The notes beneath the pieces were generated by a model that saw only the letters and a program-made list of their open reading frames with translations, had not been told where the DNA came from and ran no database searches. A DNA stretch of 63,605 nucleotides, from the sequence record SRR31156797_1603; one strand, 5' to 3'. How positions within the stretch are numbered: the first letter of the stretch is position 1; each line of letters begins with the position of its first letter. Of the stretch, positions 1-10,629 are shown one piece after another. The position numbers were made by a program, and so were the translations under genes.

Positions 1-421
1 TGTCTACCCAGGACAAAAAGTTGTCGTCAGTGGTAGTTCCGCAACGAGTACAAGTACAACAACGAGCACGACCGTCAGCAGCCAAACCAGCAGCAGTGCT
101 GCAGGCAACACCTATACGGTGGCAGCGGGTGATTCAGTCTGGTCAGTTGCCAATAAACACGGGATTTCGATGGACCAATTCCGCAACTGGAACAACATCA
201 AAAATGATTTTATCTATCCAGGACAAAAGGTGGTCGTCAAGCAAGGCGGCACAACAGCTACTACCAGCACTTCAGCGACAAATGGTACTTACAAGGTCGC
301 ATCGGGTGATTCCGTTTGGGGGATCGCAGATAAGTTTGGCATCACGACGGATCAATTTATTCAATGGAACAATATTCAAAATAACTTTATTTACCCAGGA
401 CAAACAGTTAGGGTAAAATAG
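1..421 (+). CDS. LysM-repeat cell-wall protein (autolysin-like), 3' end only
   Basis: The frame from base 2 reads VYPGQKVVV...[40 protein letters not shown]...[19 protein letters not shown]. This is two complete LysM repeats plus the end of a third, joined by Ser/Thr linkers. The 5' part lies outside the window. Confidence 0.9.
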   Translation, partial: VYPGQKVVVSGSSATSTSTTTSTTVSSQTSSSAAGNTYTVAAGDSVWSVANKHGISMDQFRNWNNIKNDFIYPGQKVVVKQGGTTATTSTSATNGTYKVASGDSVWGIADKFGITTDQFIQWNNIQNNFIYPGQTVRVK

Positions 422-422
422 A

Positions 423-451
423 TTGCTATTCCTAATGATTTTTGTTAGGAT
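423..451 (+). promoter_or_regulatory. sigma-A promoter of the leuS leader
   Basis: TTGCTA-17 bp-TAGGAT with an extended -10 TG, directly upstream of the T-box leader. Confidence 0.65.
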
Positions 452-473
452 AAGTGCAAAGAAACTTTCACGT

Positions 474-714
474 TTGAGAAGGAATAGTAGAAGTACGGTG
501 GGACTTTTAGAGAGTGCATGGTTGGTGGAAATGCACAGCACACCTTTCGAACTCGTCTTCGAGTGATATCTGACTGAACCTGATTTGGCTAGGCAGATAC
601 GGCGATGGCCGTTAAAACATCGAGGTCTGCTTTTTTGAGGAGCAGATAAACTTAGGTGGTACCACGTTGATAACGTCCTATAAAAATCATAGCGATTTTT
701 ATAGGACTTTTTTT
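474..714 (+). promoter_or_regulatory. T-box riboswitch (Leu specifier CUC)
   Basis: AGTA, AGAGA and GGTGGAA stem I motifs; GAA-CTC specifier at 549-554; T-box AGGTGGTACCACG at 654-666; terminator GTCCTATAAAAATC/GATTTTTATAGGAC plus T-run at 675-714; lies upstream of leuS. Confidence 0.95.
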
Positions 715-769
715 AAGTTTTGCTGGTTGATTTGACGAGCAAAGCACCAATTTTTAGGAGGAGTCCATC

Positions 770-3184
770 GTGAATTACAATCACAAAGAAATCGAAAAAA
801 AATGGCAAAAATATTGGGCAAAGAAAAATGAGTTCAACACCCATGATGAGCCGGACAAACCAAAATTTTATGCGCTAGATATGTTCCCATATCCATCCGG
901 ACAAGGATTACATGTCGGACATCCAGAAGGCTATACGGCTACGGATATCTTGAGCCGCTTCAAACGCAGCCAAGGGTACAATGTACTGCACCCAATGGGC
1001 TGGGATGCCTTTGGTCTGCCTGCCGAACAATATGCACTAGATACAGGAAATGATCCAGCGGAATTTACGAAGAAAAATATTGAGACCTTCCGCCGTCAAA
1101 TCAATGCGCTAGGGTTCAGCTATGACTGGAATCGTGAAATCAATACGACAGATCCTGAATATTACAAGTGGACCCAATGGATCTTTACCAAGCTTTATGA
1201 AAAAGGGTTAGCTTATGAAGCCGAAGTTCCGGTAAATTGGGTACCAGAGCTTGGAACTGTGATCGCCAATGAAGAAGTCATTGACGGCAAGAGCGAACGG
1301 GGCGGCTATGATGTGATCCGCAAACCGATGCGCCAATGGATGCTAAAAATCACGGCATATGCTGATCGTTTGTTGGACGATTTAGAAGAAGTTGATTGGC
1401 CAGAAAGCATCAAAGAAATGCAACGCAATTGGATCGGACGTTCTGTCGGAGCCAACGTAACGTTTAAAGTGGCAGGGATGGAAAAAGACTTTACCGTCTT
1501 TACGACTCGCCCAGATACCTTGTTTGGTGCGACCTACGCTGTATTGGCACCAGAACATGAGCTAGTGGCTCAAATCACTACCCCAGAACAAAAAGCAGCC
1601 ATTGATGCCTATGTAGAAGAAGCATCGAAAAAATCTGATTTGAACCGAACAGATTTGGCCAAAGAAAAAACCGGTGTCTTCACTGGTGCCTATGCCATCA
1701 ATCCCGTGAATGGCAAAGAGATCCCGATTTGGATCGCCGATTACGTTTTGGCTTCTTATGGAACAGGTGCGATCATGGCGGTTCCTGCCCATGACGAACG
1801 TGACCACGAATTTGCCAAAACATTTGGCTTAGAGATCATTCCTGTATTGGCAGGGGGCAACGTGGAAGAATCTGCCTATACCGAAGATGGACTGCATATC
1901 AATTCAGACTTTTTGGATGGGCTAGACAAAGAGACAGCCATCGAAAAAATGGTTGCATGGTTGGAAGAAAATCACGTTGGGAAAAAAGAAGTCAGCTATC
2001 GTCTTCGCGATTGGTTGTTCTCTCGTCAACGGTATTGGGGGGAACCAATCCCAATCATCCATTGGGAAGATGGGACGACCACAGCGCTTTCTGAAGATCA
2101 GCTGCCGTTGCGTTTGCCAAAAACCGACAATATCAAACCAAGCGGTACCGGTGAATCACCATTAGCCAATGTCACGGATTGGGTCAATGTCACCGATCCA
2201 GAAACTGGGAAAAAAGGACGTCGCGAAACCAATACGATGCCGCAGTGGGCTGGAAGCTCATGGTACTTCTTGCGCTTTATTGATCCTCATAATAAGTCTG
2301 TTTTGGCAGACTATGATAAATTGAAGCGCTGGATGCCAGTCGATATTTATATCGGTGGCGCGGAGCACGCTGTCTTGCACTTGCTCTATGCTCGCTTCTG
2401 GCATAAATTCTTGTATGATATCGGTGTTGTGCCAACGAAAGAACCATTTGAAAAATTGTTTAACCAAGGGATGATCCTTGGGGAAAACAATGAAAAAATG
2501 TCGAAATCCCGCGGCAATGTCGTTAATCCTGATGATGTCGTCAACCAGTACGGTGCGGATACTTTGCGTCTATATGAAATGTTCATGGGCCCACTGGATG
2601 CATCGATTGCCTGGAATGAGAATGGCCTCGAAGGCAGTCGCAAATTCTTGGATCGTGTGTGGCGCTTGATCGTCGATGAAAATGGCAAAATGCGCGACCG
2701 CATCACGACATTCAACGATGGCAAATTGTCGAAAGTTTACCATCAAACAGTTAAGAAAGTGACGGAAGATTATGAGCAGCTGCATTTCAATACGGCGATT
2801 TCCCAATTGATGGTCTTCGTCAATGAAGCCTATAAAGCCGATGCCTTGCCTTACGAATATGTCGAAGGATTTTTGCAGCTATTGGCTCCGATCGCACCGC
2901 ATATCGGGGAAGAGCTCTGGTCGATCCTCGGAAATGACAATGGGATCTCTTATGTGCCATGGCCAACCTATGACGAAAGTGCCCTAGTGGAAGATGAGAT
3001 CGAAGTCGTCTTTCAAGTCAACGGCAAAGTTCGTGCCAAAGCAATGGTTCCAGCAGACGCGGAAAAAGCAGTGCTTGAACAATTGGCCCAAGAAAACGAA
3101 CTTGTCCAAGAACAGCTCCAAGGAAAAACGATCCGCAAAGTGATCGTCGTACCCAATAAATTGGTCAATATCGTTGCAAACTAA
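770..3184 (+). CDS. leuS: leucine--tRNA ligase
   Basis: [14 protein letters not shown] (HIGH-type) and KMSKS motifs, 804 aa, AGGAGG RBS, Leu T-box upstream. Confidence 0.99.
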   Translation: MNYNHKEIEKKWQKYWAKKNEFNTHDEPDKPKFYALDMFPYPSGQGLHVGHPEGYTATDILSRFKRSQGYNVLHPMGWDAFGLPAEQYALDTGNDPAEFTKKNIETFRRQINALGFSYDWNREINTTDPEYYKWTQWIFTKLYEKGLAYEAEVPVNWVPELGTVIANEEVIDGKSERGGYDVIRKPMRQWMLKITAYADRLLDDLEEVDWPESIKEMQRNWIGRSVGANVTFKVAGMEKDFTVFTTRPDTLFGATYAVLAPEHELVAQITTPEQKAAIDAYVEEASKKSDLNRTDLAKEKTGVFTGAYAINPVNGKEIPIWIADYVLASYGTGAIMAVPAHDERDHEFAKTFGLEIIPVLAGGNVEESAYTEDGLHINSDFLDGLDKETAIEKMVAWLEENHVGKKEVSYRLRDWLFSRQRYWGEPIPIIHWEDGTTTALSEDQLPLRLPKTDNIKPSGTGESPLANVTDWVNVTDPETGKKGRRETNTMPQWAGSSWYFLRFIDPHNKSVLADYDKLKRWMPVDIYIGGAEHAVLHLLYARFWHKFLYDIGVVPTKEPFEKLFNQGMILGENNEKMSKSRGNVVNPDDVVNQYGADTLRLYEMFMGPLDASIAWNENGLEGSRKFLDRVWRLIVDENGKMRDRITTFNDGKLSKVYHQTVKKVTEDYEQLHFNTAISQLMVFVNEAYKADALPYEYVEGFLQLLAPIAPHIGEELWSILGNDNGISYVPWPTYDESALVEDEIEVVFQVNGKVRAKAMVPADAEKAVLEQLAQENELVQEQLQGKTIRKVIVVPNKLVNIVAN

Positions 3185-3197
3185 ACGCTAAAAAAGT

Positions 3198-3236
3198 AGC
3201 TGCCTAACAGGTCAATGGTCTGTTAGGCAGCTTTTT
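3198..3236 (+). terminator. intrinsic terminator of leuS
   Basis: AGCTGCCTAACAG/CTGTTAGGCAGCT stem followed by a T-run. Confidence 0.85.
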
Positions 3237-3250
3237 GGTAGCGACAAAGA

Positions 3251-3289
3251 AAAAAAGTGTTACTGAGTGGTTCTCAGCAACACTTTTTT
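3251..3289 (-). terminator. intrinsic terminator of the 76-aa ORF
   Basis: AAAAAAGTGTTACTGAG/CTCAGCAACACTTTTTT stem next to the stop codon. Confidence 0.75.
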
Positions 3290-3290
3290 G

Positions 3291-3521
3291 TTATTTTTTG
3301 CGAATGATACCATAGAACAAAGTGGCTGTTGCGACCAATGGAATCAAGATCACTAGTAGAAAGCCGTTTGGATACGTAGCGCGAGTGAAAATTTCTGATG
3401 AAGCATCACTTCCGCCAAATAGATGATTGGAAATCATGAACTGAGCCATCATAGCAACGATTGCGACAAAACCAATTGCAGCACCAGTACCGACGAATAA
3501 TTTTTTCTTTGCGTTGTTCAT
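3291..3521 (-). CDS. small two-TM membrane protein, unknown function
   Basis: 76 aa with two hydrophobic segments and basic termini. It has its own RBS (AAAGGGG), a TTGAAC/TATAAT promoter and a terminator. Confidence 0.75.
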   Translation of the reverse strand: MNNAKKKLFVGTGAAIGFVAIVAMMAQFMISNHLFGGSDASSEIFTRATYPNGFLLVILIPLVATATLFYGIIRKK

Positions 3522-3741
3522 TACATTTGCCCCTTTTATAGTCTCTATGTACCATTATACAAAATTTGGATACGTGTTCAATCTGATTTTGTCAAATAAT
3601 TGATTCGTAATACACTTGAAATATTTCTGACATATTTAAGCGCTAAAAAAGCCAAATTTCCGCTTGTTAGCGATCATATTATTCGCTGATCCTCACAGAC
3701 TCTCGTATAATAAAGAAAGAGAAAAGAAAGAGGGGACGTAC

Positions 3742-4041
3742 ATGGAGTATCAATCATTTGAAGGCCAAACGGCTTTTTTTGAAGATTATGCACGGATTGC
3801 CAAACCTGGCTATGAAGAAGAGGCAGTCACTGCCGATGTCTTGGAACAGTTGAATCAACAATTAACAGAAGAAGAGCTGTTTTACCGTTTAGCAGCCGAA
3901 GATGCCAAAGAAGGGCAAGTCTTTTTGTTTCCTTTCAGCAAGCGAATGTTTACCGAAGACCTTGACGCTGCCATTTCAACAGAATTCCGTTATGATGGCG
4001 CACCCTATGTCTATGAGACTTACGAAGACGAACAACCTTAA
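3742..4041 (+). CDS. acidic hypothetical protein (99 aa)
   Basis: GAGGGG RBS before ATG 3742, TATAAT upstream, terminator downstream; very Glu/Asp-rich. Confidence 0.75.
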   Translation: MEYQSFEGQTAFFEDYARIAKPGYEEEAVTADVLEQLNQQLTEEELFYRLAAEDAKEGQVFLFPFSKRMFTEDLDAAISTEFRYDGAPYVYETYEDEQP

Positions 4042-4050
4042 TCACGCAGG

Positions 4051-4096
4051 AAAAAAGCTTTCAGATGATTTAATGGATCATCTGAAAGCTTTTTTT
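4051..4096. terminator. bidirectional terminator
   Basis: AAAAAAGCTTTCAGATGAT/ATCATCTGAAAGCTTTTTT between convergent genes. Confidence 0.85.
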
Positions 4097-4113
4097 GTTG
4101 AGAAAACTTGTTG

Positions 4114-5634
4114 CTATTGGTGCTTGGCTTGCTGCTGCGCTAAGGTCAAGTCACCGATGTAAGGGACTTTTTTTCCAGCGACTTTCAAGTATTGTTCGGC
4201 GCCTTTGCCCGCAATAATCACGATATCACGACCGTCTGCTTCAGCGATCGCCAATTTGACGGCTTGAGCCCGATCCATCTCATGAATGATGGCAACTTCA
4301 GGATTGGTGATAGCATCTGCAATTTCTTTTGCGATCGCAGCTGCTTCTTCAAAATCAGGATCATCGCTGGTCAGGTAGACTTTGTCCGCATATTCTCCTA
4401 GCGCTCGTCCCATATCTGCTCGGCGAGATTGGGCTTTTCCGCCAGCACTGCCAGTGACAAAAAGCAGGCGACCATCTGGGCGTAATTGACGGGCAAGTTC
4501 ACTTAATGATTGGAAGCTCAGGTAATTGTGGGCATAGTCAACGATCATGACGGCGCCATTTTCTTTTTCTAAAACGATCATTCGTCCAGGGATGATCACT
4601 GTCGGCAGGACTTTCTGAGCGTCCTCACGAGAGGCACCCGCTAAGCAGGCAGCCAAAATCGCCGCTGCGGCATTCTCATGGTTGAAAGAACCTAAGATCC
4701 CCAGTTGATATTCACCAGAGACTTGCAAGACATCAGAAGCAGCTGTCAGGGCAAAACTCTTTAGGTCCATTCCTTCTTGGACGACATAATCGGCGTCTGA
4801 ACGTCCGTAGGTGATATAAGGAACTTGATGGACTTCACAAGTTTCTCGCAGCAAGTGGTAGTGATCGCTTTGACGATTTAAAATCATTTGTTTGCTGTTG
4901 CGGATCAGTTCCCGTTTGCAGTAAAGGTAATCATCATAAGTCGGGTGTTCCACCGGTCCAATGTGATCAGGCGAAATATTCAAGAACGCGCCAATATCAA
5001 AGGTAATACCGGCGACCCGTTTGGTTTTATACGCTTGAGAAGAAACTTCCATTACAAGATGGGTCATGCCGTTTGCAACAGCCTCAGCCATCATTTTATA
5101 AAGATCCAGTGTTTCGGGAGTCGTCAACACTGCTTCATTAAAGGTTTTTCCATCGACTGAGTTTTCCTCCGATGAAAAGAATGCTACTTTTTGACCCGTC
5201 GATTCTGCTAAAATCGCCCGAGCAAAATAGGCGCAGCTGGTTTTGCCTTTTGTGCCAGTGATGCCGATGGTCACTAGCTGTTCTTGCGGGTTACCATAAA
5301 ACGCTTGAGCGATCACTGCCATCGTTTCTCGAATGTCCGTAACAATGATCCCGTAGGTTGCGAAGTTGTCATAAGGTGTTTCTGAAATGTAGCACTGAAT
5401 GCCTTGATCAATGGCGGCGGCCAGGTAGCTTTCTTTAAAAGAAGCCCCTTTACAGAAAAAAAGCGTTGCCGCATTGGCCGTTCGCGAGTCGTAACTTAAG
5501 GAGGTAAAGGCAATATCAGTCATTTCTTGCGGCACGGTATAAACCCAATCAGTGGGGGTGATGATTTCTTTTAATAGGTTTTCCTGCAATAAGAGTTTGC
5601 GGATCTGTGGCACGGTAATGAGTTCCTTTTGCAT
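4114..5634 (-). CDS. murE: UDP-N-acetylmuramoyl-L-alanyl-D-glutamate--L-lysine ligase
   Basis: GITGTKGKT P-loop plus LTTPE, MEVSSQ and DYAHN motifs. DDPD replaces the DAP-type DNPR motif, which fits Lys specificity. Confidence 0.93.
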   Translation of the reverse strand: MQKELITVPQIRKLLLQENLLKEIITPTDWVYTVPQEMTDIAFTSLSYDSRTANAATLFFCKGASFKESYLAAAIDQGIQCYISETPYDNFATYGIIVTDIRETMAVIAQAFYGNPQEQLVTIGITGTKGKTSCAYFARAILAESTGQKVAFFSSEENSVDGKTFNEAVLTTPETLDLYKMMAEAVANGMTHLVMEVSSQAYKTKRVAGITFDIGAFLNISPDHIGPVEHPTYDDYLYCKRELIRNSKQMILNRQSDHYHLLRETCEVHQVPYITYGRSDADYVVQEGMDLKSFALTAASDVLQVSGEYQLGILGSFNHENAAAAILAACLAGASREDAQKVLPTVIIPGRMIVLEKENGAVMIVDYAHNYLSFQSLSELARQLRPDGRLLFVTGSAGGKAQSRRADMGRALGEYADKVYLTSDDPDFEEAAAIAKEIADAITNPEVAIIHEMDRAQAVKLAIAEADGRDIVIIAGKGAEQYLKVAGKKVPYIGDLTLAQQQAKHQ

Positions 5635-5833
5635 CGTTGTTCTCCTTCATTCCTCTAAAGATTTCTCTTATTATAGCATAACTCCTAAAAACCGCCGTTT
5701 AGGAGGGAAAAGTTTTCTTTTTTTTCTTCTTATTTTGAAGAAACTTTAAGATGTTGCAAAAATAGATTGCGACCAACTCTTTTTCGAATTAAAATGGAAG
5801 GGATATGTTTGTAGAAAGTTGGAGATAATGGCG

Positions 5834-7480
5834 ATGGATAATCACATGCGTTCAGTGTCAAAAGAATTAACTACACAAGAAAAAATGGCTCAAGGATCTG
5901 CTTGGATGACAATGGGCAATATCGGTTCACGTTTGCTTGGCGCCATTTACATTTTACCTTGGTATTATTGGATGGGGGCAAATGCCGATAAAGCAAATGC
6001 GTTATTTGGGATGGGCTATAATGTTTACGCCTTATTTTTAATGATCTCAACTGCTGGGATCCCATCGGCAATTGCCAAGCAGATTTCTTTTTATAATTCT
6101 CGCCAAGAATACCGCACTAGCCAGAAGCTCTTTTTAAGGGCCTTCCAATTGATGGCAGGCTTTGGCGTGGTGACCGCCGGAATCATGTATTTGGCAGCCC
6201 CATGGTTGGCAACGGCTTCAGGAGGTGGGGAAGAATTGATTCCTGCAATGCGCTCATTGAGCATTGCACTATTGGTCTTTCCTTGTATGAGTGTTATGCG
6301 AGGATACTTCCAAGGAAACCAAGACATGAAACCTTTTGCGATCTCGCAAGTTGTCGAACAAATCGCCCGCGTCTGCTATATGCTTTTGGCGACCTTCATC
6401 ATTATGCGGGTTATCGAAGGCGAATACACGGCGGCTGTGACGCAATCGACCTTTGCCGCCTTTATCGGTGTCTTAGCCAGTATTTTGGTTTTAGGCTATT
6501 ACTTCCAAAAGCAACGGGTGCGGATGGACGTCTTAGTCGATATGAGCAAAGAAGAAACCGTGTTGCAAACCAAAGAATTGGTTTTAGCGACCATCAAAGA
6601 AGCGATCCCTTTTATTATCGTTGGTTCTGGGATCACGATTTTAAAATTGGTGGATCAATACACCTTTGTGCGGATCATGAGTAGTTTTACTGAATTTTCA
6701 AATGATCAGCTCTTAGAATTAATGGCGATCTTCGGTAGCAACCCTGATAAGTTGACGATGGTGGTTATCGGATTAGCTACTTCCATGGCTTCAACAGGCT
6801 TGCCTTTGATCAGTGAAGCAGTCGCCAAAAAAGACAAAAAGAACTTAGCTAAATTGATCAGCAACAACTTACAATTGTATTCCTTTGTAATGTTCCCAGC
6901 GACCTTTGGGATGATCGTGCTGTCTTATCCCTTATACACCTTGTTTTATCGTCCAGATGCGTTAGGAGCGAGCGTTTTAGTCGCTGCCTGTCTGTCTGGT
7001 CTGGTCTTGGGCTTGTTTATGCTTAGTTCTAGTATGCTGCAAGGAATGTACCACAACAAAGAAGCCGTTGTTTTCTTCTTTGTAGGGTTGCTGGTGAAGT
7101 TGATCCTGCAGTATCCAGCGATTCGGTTGTTCCAAGTTTATGGCCCATTAGTTTCCACGACGATTGCTTTAGGGATCGTCTGCTGGCTGAACATTCGCAA
7201 GATGATTCGCAAAGGCCATTTCAATGTAAACTTAACGTTGCGACGGACGTTATTGATTGGCGCGATGACGATCATTATGGTGATCGCAGCGTTGATCGCC
7301 CGCCAACTCTTTGGTCTCATCTTTAGCTCTGAAAGAAAAGTCCAAGCCTTTATCTTGAGCTTGCTAGTAGCAGGAGTCGGTGGCAGTGTGTACATCTACA
7401 TTGCGCTGAAATTGCGTTTAGCTGAAAAACTACTCGGCTCATCAATGGTTCGTTTACGCCAGAAATTACACATCAAATAA
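5834..7480 (+). CDS. murJ: MOP-family flippase (YtgP/MurJ type)
   Basis: Multi-TM protein with SRLLGAIY, STAGIPSAIAK, RGYFQG and SQVVEQIAR motifs; divergent from murE. The start could be 5819, 5828 or 5834. Confidence 0.85.
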   Translation: MDNHMRSVSKELTTQEKMAQGSAWMTMGNIGSRLLGAIYILPWYYWMGANADKANALFGMGYNVYALFLMISTAGIPSAIAKQISFYNSRQEYRTSQKLFLRAFQLMAGFGVVTAGIMYLAAPWLATASGGGEELIPAMRSLSIALLVFPCMSVMRGYFQGNQDMKPFAISQVVEQIARVCYMLLATFIIMRVIEGEYTAAVTQSTFAAFIGVLASILVLGYYFQKQRVRMDVLVDMSKEETVLQTKELVLATIKEAIPFIIVGSGITILKLVDQYTFVRIMSSFTEFSNDQLLELMAIFGSNPDKLTMVVIGLATSMASTGLPLISEAVAKKDKKNLAKLISNNLQLYSFVMFPATFGMIVLSYPLYTLFYRPDALGASVLVAACLSGLVLGLFMLSSSMLQGMYHNKEAVVFFFVGLLVKLILQYPAIRLFQVYGPLVSTTIALGIVCWLNIRKMIRKGHFNVNLTLRRTLLIGAMTIIMVIAALIARQLFGLIFSSERKVQAFILSLLVAGVGGSVYIYIALKLRLAEKLLGSSMVRLRQKLHIK

Positions 7481-7549
7481 AACTAGAAGCAGCCGCTGAG
7501 CCTCCTTTGTGAGACCTTGGCGGCTGTTTTATATGAAAGGAAGAAACCG

Positions 7550-8269
7550 ATGCGTTTAGACAAGTTTTTAGCGGATATGGGTTATGGCTCCCGCAAAGAA
7601 GTGAAACAGTTGATCAAAAAAGGTCTCGTGACCGTCAATGGACAAGTCATCAAGAGTGACAAAGCGCAAGTACTAGAAACACAAGATACCGTTTGTTTTG
7701 AGGGGGAACCCATCGTCTATCAAAGCCAGTTTTATTATTTGCTGAATAAACCCGCTGGAGTGATTTCGGCAACCGTCGATTCCTATGAAGAGACGGTCTT
7801 AGATTTGTTTTCTGAAGAAGCGTTTCGCGAAGATTTGTTTCCAGTAGGACGGTTGGATAAAGACACCGAAGGCTTTTTGCTGATTACGAACGATGGCGGA
7901 TTGGCGCATCAATTATTGTCGCCTAAGAAGCATGTGGAAAAAGAATATTATGCCCAAGTCGAGGGAATCATGACAGCGGAGGATCAAAAAACCTTTGCCA
8001 AAGGCATCAAATTAGACGGCGAGTGGACCTTGCCGGCTGAACTGCAGATCCTCAACGTCGATGAAGACGAAACGCGCAGCGAAATCAAACTGATCCTCCA
8101 TGAAGGCAAGTTTCATCAAGTCAAACGGATGGTCCATGCAGTAGGAAAAGAAGTCGTTTATTTGAAACGGATTCGCATGGGAGGCCTGTCCCTGCCAGAT
8201 GATTTGGCATTAGGCGAGTATCGGGAATTGACTCCTGAGGAATTGGCGAAGCTGCAAGAGCGAGGATAA
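7550..8269 (+). CDS. RsuA-family pseudouridine synthase
   Basis: S4 domain MRLDKFL and catalytic GRLDKDTEG motif. Confidence 0.95.
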   Translation: MRLDKFLADMGYGSRKEVKQLIKKGLVTVNGQVIKSDKAQVLETQDTVCFEGEPIVYQSQFYYLLNKPAGVISATVDSYEETVLDLFSEEAFREDLFPVGRLDKDTEGFLLITNDGGLAHQLLSPKKHVEKEYYAQVEGIMTAEDQKTFAKGIKLDGEWTLPAELQILNVDEDETRSEIKLILHEGKFHQVKRMVHAVGKEVVYLKRIRMGGLSLPDDLALGEYRELTPEELAKLQERG

Positions 8270-8464
8270 GACGATCGGCGAGCTAAAGAAATTCTTATGA
8301 AAGTTGTTATTCGGCTGCAATATTTGTAAAAAAAGCCCGTTTTATAGGTGATTTACATGAAAGTTTGCAACAATAGACTTTAAACTGTTGGAAAAACCCT
8401 CTTTTTTTTCATGAATAAGCATGTTAAAGTAGCCAAGCTACTAAAAAAAGAAGGAGTTACCTCA

Positions 8465-9487
8465 TTGAAGAAAAAGATTTTTTTATTGCTCGCCCTTACG
8501 TTGCCGCTTTTCCAGCCAGCTATCAGTTATGCTGCTGAAACCAAGAGCAGCGAGGAACTGACGGTTTTGACCACAGAACTAGCCTCTTATGAAGACGAAG
8601 TCACCACCAGCCAACAGAAAGTCACAGCGTTGGAAAGTCAATTAGCGGATTATCAGGAAGAATTAAGCCAATTGGCAGAAGAAAGCAAGGAAGTTCAAAC
8701 GCAGATCACTGCACTGAATGATCAAAAAGCCCAGCACCAAGGAAGCCAAGCGCAAAGCAGTCTGGTAGTCGATGGACCGCAAGCCACGATCCAGCAACTA
8801 CGCAAGTTTAGTGAACAACAAGCGGCTTTACGGGAAGTGAACCAACAATTGGCGGAAAAAGAAGCCGAACAACAACGAATCACTTCGTACCAAACCTTGA
8901 CGCAAGCCCAATTAGTACATAGCGAAGAACAATTAGCAACAGCCAAAAAAGAATTGCAGTCCCAACAAGAGCAGCTGCAGCAGACGCAAGCCCAAGTGCA
9001 AGACCTACAAGAAAAAGTGGAGCAAGAAGCAAAAGCAGCTGAAGAAGCGAAACAAAAAGCCAAAGAAGCAGCGGAGAAAGCGGCAGCCAGTGAATTTTCA
9101 CTGCCAATCACTGGCTCCGTGTCGATCTCCAGCGGTTTTGGTACTCGAGCAGACCCGACTGGTTTTTCAGGGACGCAGCATGACGGGATCGACTTCACAG
9201 GTCAAGCGGGGGAGAAGATCGTCGCCGCTCGTGATGGACAGGTAGAAGATGCTGGCTATGGCCCAAGCACTGGAAATTACGTGATTTTGGCTCACGATAA
9301 TGGCTTTTACTCGTATTATTTTCATTTAACAGCTGTCAGTGTCTCAAAGGGGGCGACCGTTGCAGTCGGCGACCAAGTCGGTACGATGGGGACGACTGGA
9401 AATTCGACAGGCGTCCATCTGCACTTTGGACTGAGTAAGACGATGTGGTCAGATTTCGTTGATCCAGCAGCTTACTTACCGCTATAA
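8465..9487 (+). CDS. secreted coiled-coil protein with an M23 peptidase domain
   Basis: AAGGAG RBS before TTG 8465; signal peptide; long Q/E-rich coiled coil; HDGID (HxxxD) and HLH zinc motifs. Confidence 0.9.
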   Translation: MKKKIFLLLALTLPLFQPAISYAAETKSSEELTVLTTELASYEDEVTTSQQKVTALESQLADYQEELSQLAEESKEVQTQITALNDQKAQHQGSQAQSSLVVDGPQATIQQLRKFSEQQAALREVNQQLAEKEAEQQRITSYQTLTQAQLVHSEEQLATAKKELQSQQEQLQQTQAQVQDLQEKVEQEAKAAEEAKQKAKEAAEKAAASEFSLPITGSVSISSGFGTRADPTGFSGTQHDGIDFTGQAGEKIVAARDGQVEDAGYGPSTGNYVILAHDNGFYSYYFHLTAVSVSKGATVAVGDQVGTMGTTGNSTGVHLHFGLSKTMWSDFVDPAAYLPL

Positions 9488-9526
9488 ACCAAAATACCAA
9501 GTAGAAGCATGGAGAAAATCATCTGA

Positions 9527-9581
9527 AACCAAAAAGCATGACTGACAAGAGGGATTCCTCAAGTCGTCATGCTTTTTGGTT
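9527..9581. terminator. bidirectional terminator
   Basis: AACCAAAAAGCATGAC/GTCATGCTTTTTGGTT between convergent genes. Confidence 0.8.
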
Positions 9582-9583
9582 GC

Positions 9584-10438
9584 TTACCACAAGCCCGGTT
9601 GAGCGATGATCACTAACTGTTCTTTGGTAAAAGGATGCTCTAGATGCAATTCGTAGCCATGCAGCAGCAAACGTGGCGCTGATTTGTTTTGGTAAAGCGG
9701 GTCGCCAACGACTGGATGACCGATGCTGGCAAGGTGGACGCGAATTTGGTGGGTCCTACCAGTTTCTAACACACAATACACATTGGTTGTCTTTTGTTGG
9801 GCGTGGGCGATGGTTACATGGGTGACGGCTGACTGACCGTTGCGGGAGTCAATGATCCGCTTGCGACGATCGTGACGGTCACGACCGATTTTTTTGGCGA
9901 TCGTTTGATCTTGCGTAAGTTTCCCCCAAACAGTGGCTTGATAGCGACGGAAAATCTGTTTGTTTTCCAGCATTCGGCCCAAGATCGGCAACACCAAAGG
10001 ATTTTTTGCAAATAAAACCACACCGCTGGTTTCTTTGTCTAGACGATGGACCACATAAGGCTGCTGCTGTTTCGGCGCAAGGTAAGCAGCTGCATCATTC
10101 AACAGAGTATCGGCTTCTAATGGCTGATTGGGGTGCGTCTTGACCCCGGCAGGCTTGTTCAGCACCAATAAGTGTTCATCTTCAAAAAGTACGTCGACTT
10201 TGTCCGCTTGGCCTAACTGGATCGGCTGGTAGCTGTAATCACTGTCTTCAATGATCAAAGTGATTTGATCGCCGCCACGAACTTCTTGATGAAACATCGC
10301 GGGCTGCTGATTGACGGCCACATTTTTCCGTGTGCGCAGAAAATGGCGCACTTTTCGTGGAACGAGCCACTCCTGTTCCAACAAATCGCGAAGCGGCATG
10401 GGCGGGTGATTTTCGGGTAAAGTCATGGTGTATTCCAT
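9584..10438 (-). CDS. RluA-family pseudouridine synthase
   Basis: VHRLDKETSG, LETGRTHQIRVH and GDPLY motifs. Confidence 0.95.
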   Translation of the reverse strand: MEYTMTLPENHPPMPLRDLLEQEWLVPRKVRHFLRTRKNVAVNQQPAMFHQEVRGGDQITLIIEDSDYSYQPIQLGQADKVDVLFEDEHLLVLNKPAGVKTHPNQPLEADTLLNDAAAYLAPKQQQPYVVHRLDKETSGVVLFAKNPLVLPILGRMLENKQIFRRYQATVWGKLTQDQTIAKKIGRDRHDRRKRIIDSRNGQSAVTHVTIAHAQQKTTNVYCVLETGRTHQIRVHLASIGHPVVGDPLYQNKSAPRLLLHGYELHLEHPFTKEQLVIIAQPGLW

Positions 10439-10629
10439 AATATCGTCCTTTCTTTGCTATTCGCTACCGACTATTATAGCATCTTTAAGCTTTTCTTATA
10501 AAAAAAACAATAAAAAACAGAGTATTCAATGCTAGAATAATAAAGCATTCTTTTCGAATGAAATTACGTCTAGAGCCGTATAACAAAGAAAGTCATTTAT
10601 GCTACACTTAACCAAAGGAGCGTGAAGTA

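Noticed and set aside
5744-10490. Shared CTTTAA hexamers upstream of murJ, the M23 gene and pbpF as a cell-wall-stress regulator site
   Set aside because: A 6-mer in AT-rich spacers is expected by chance, and there is no consistent repeat spacing.
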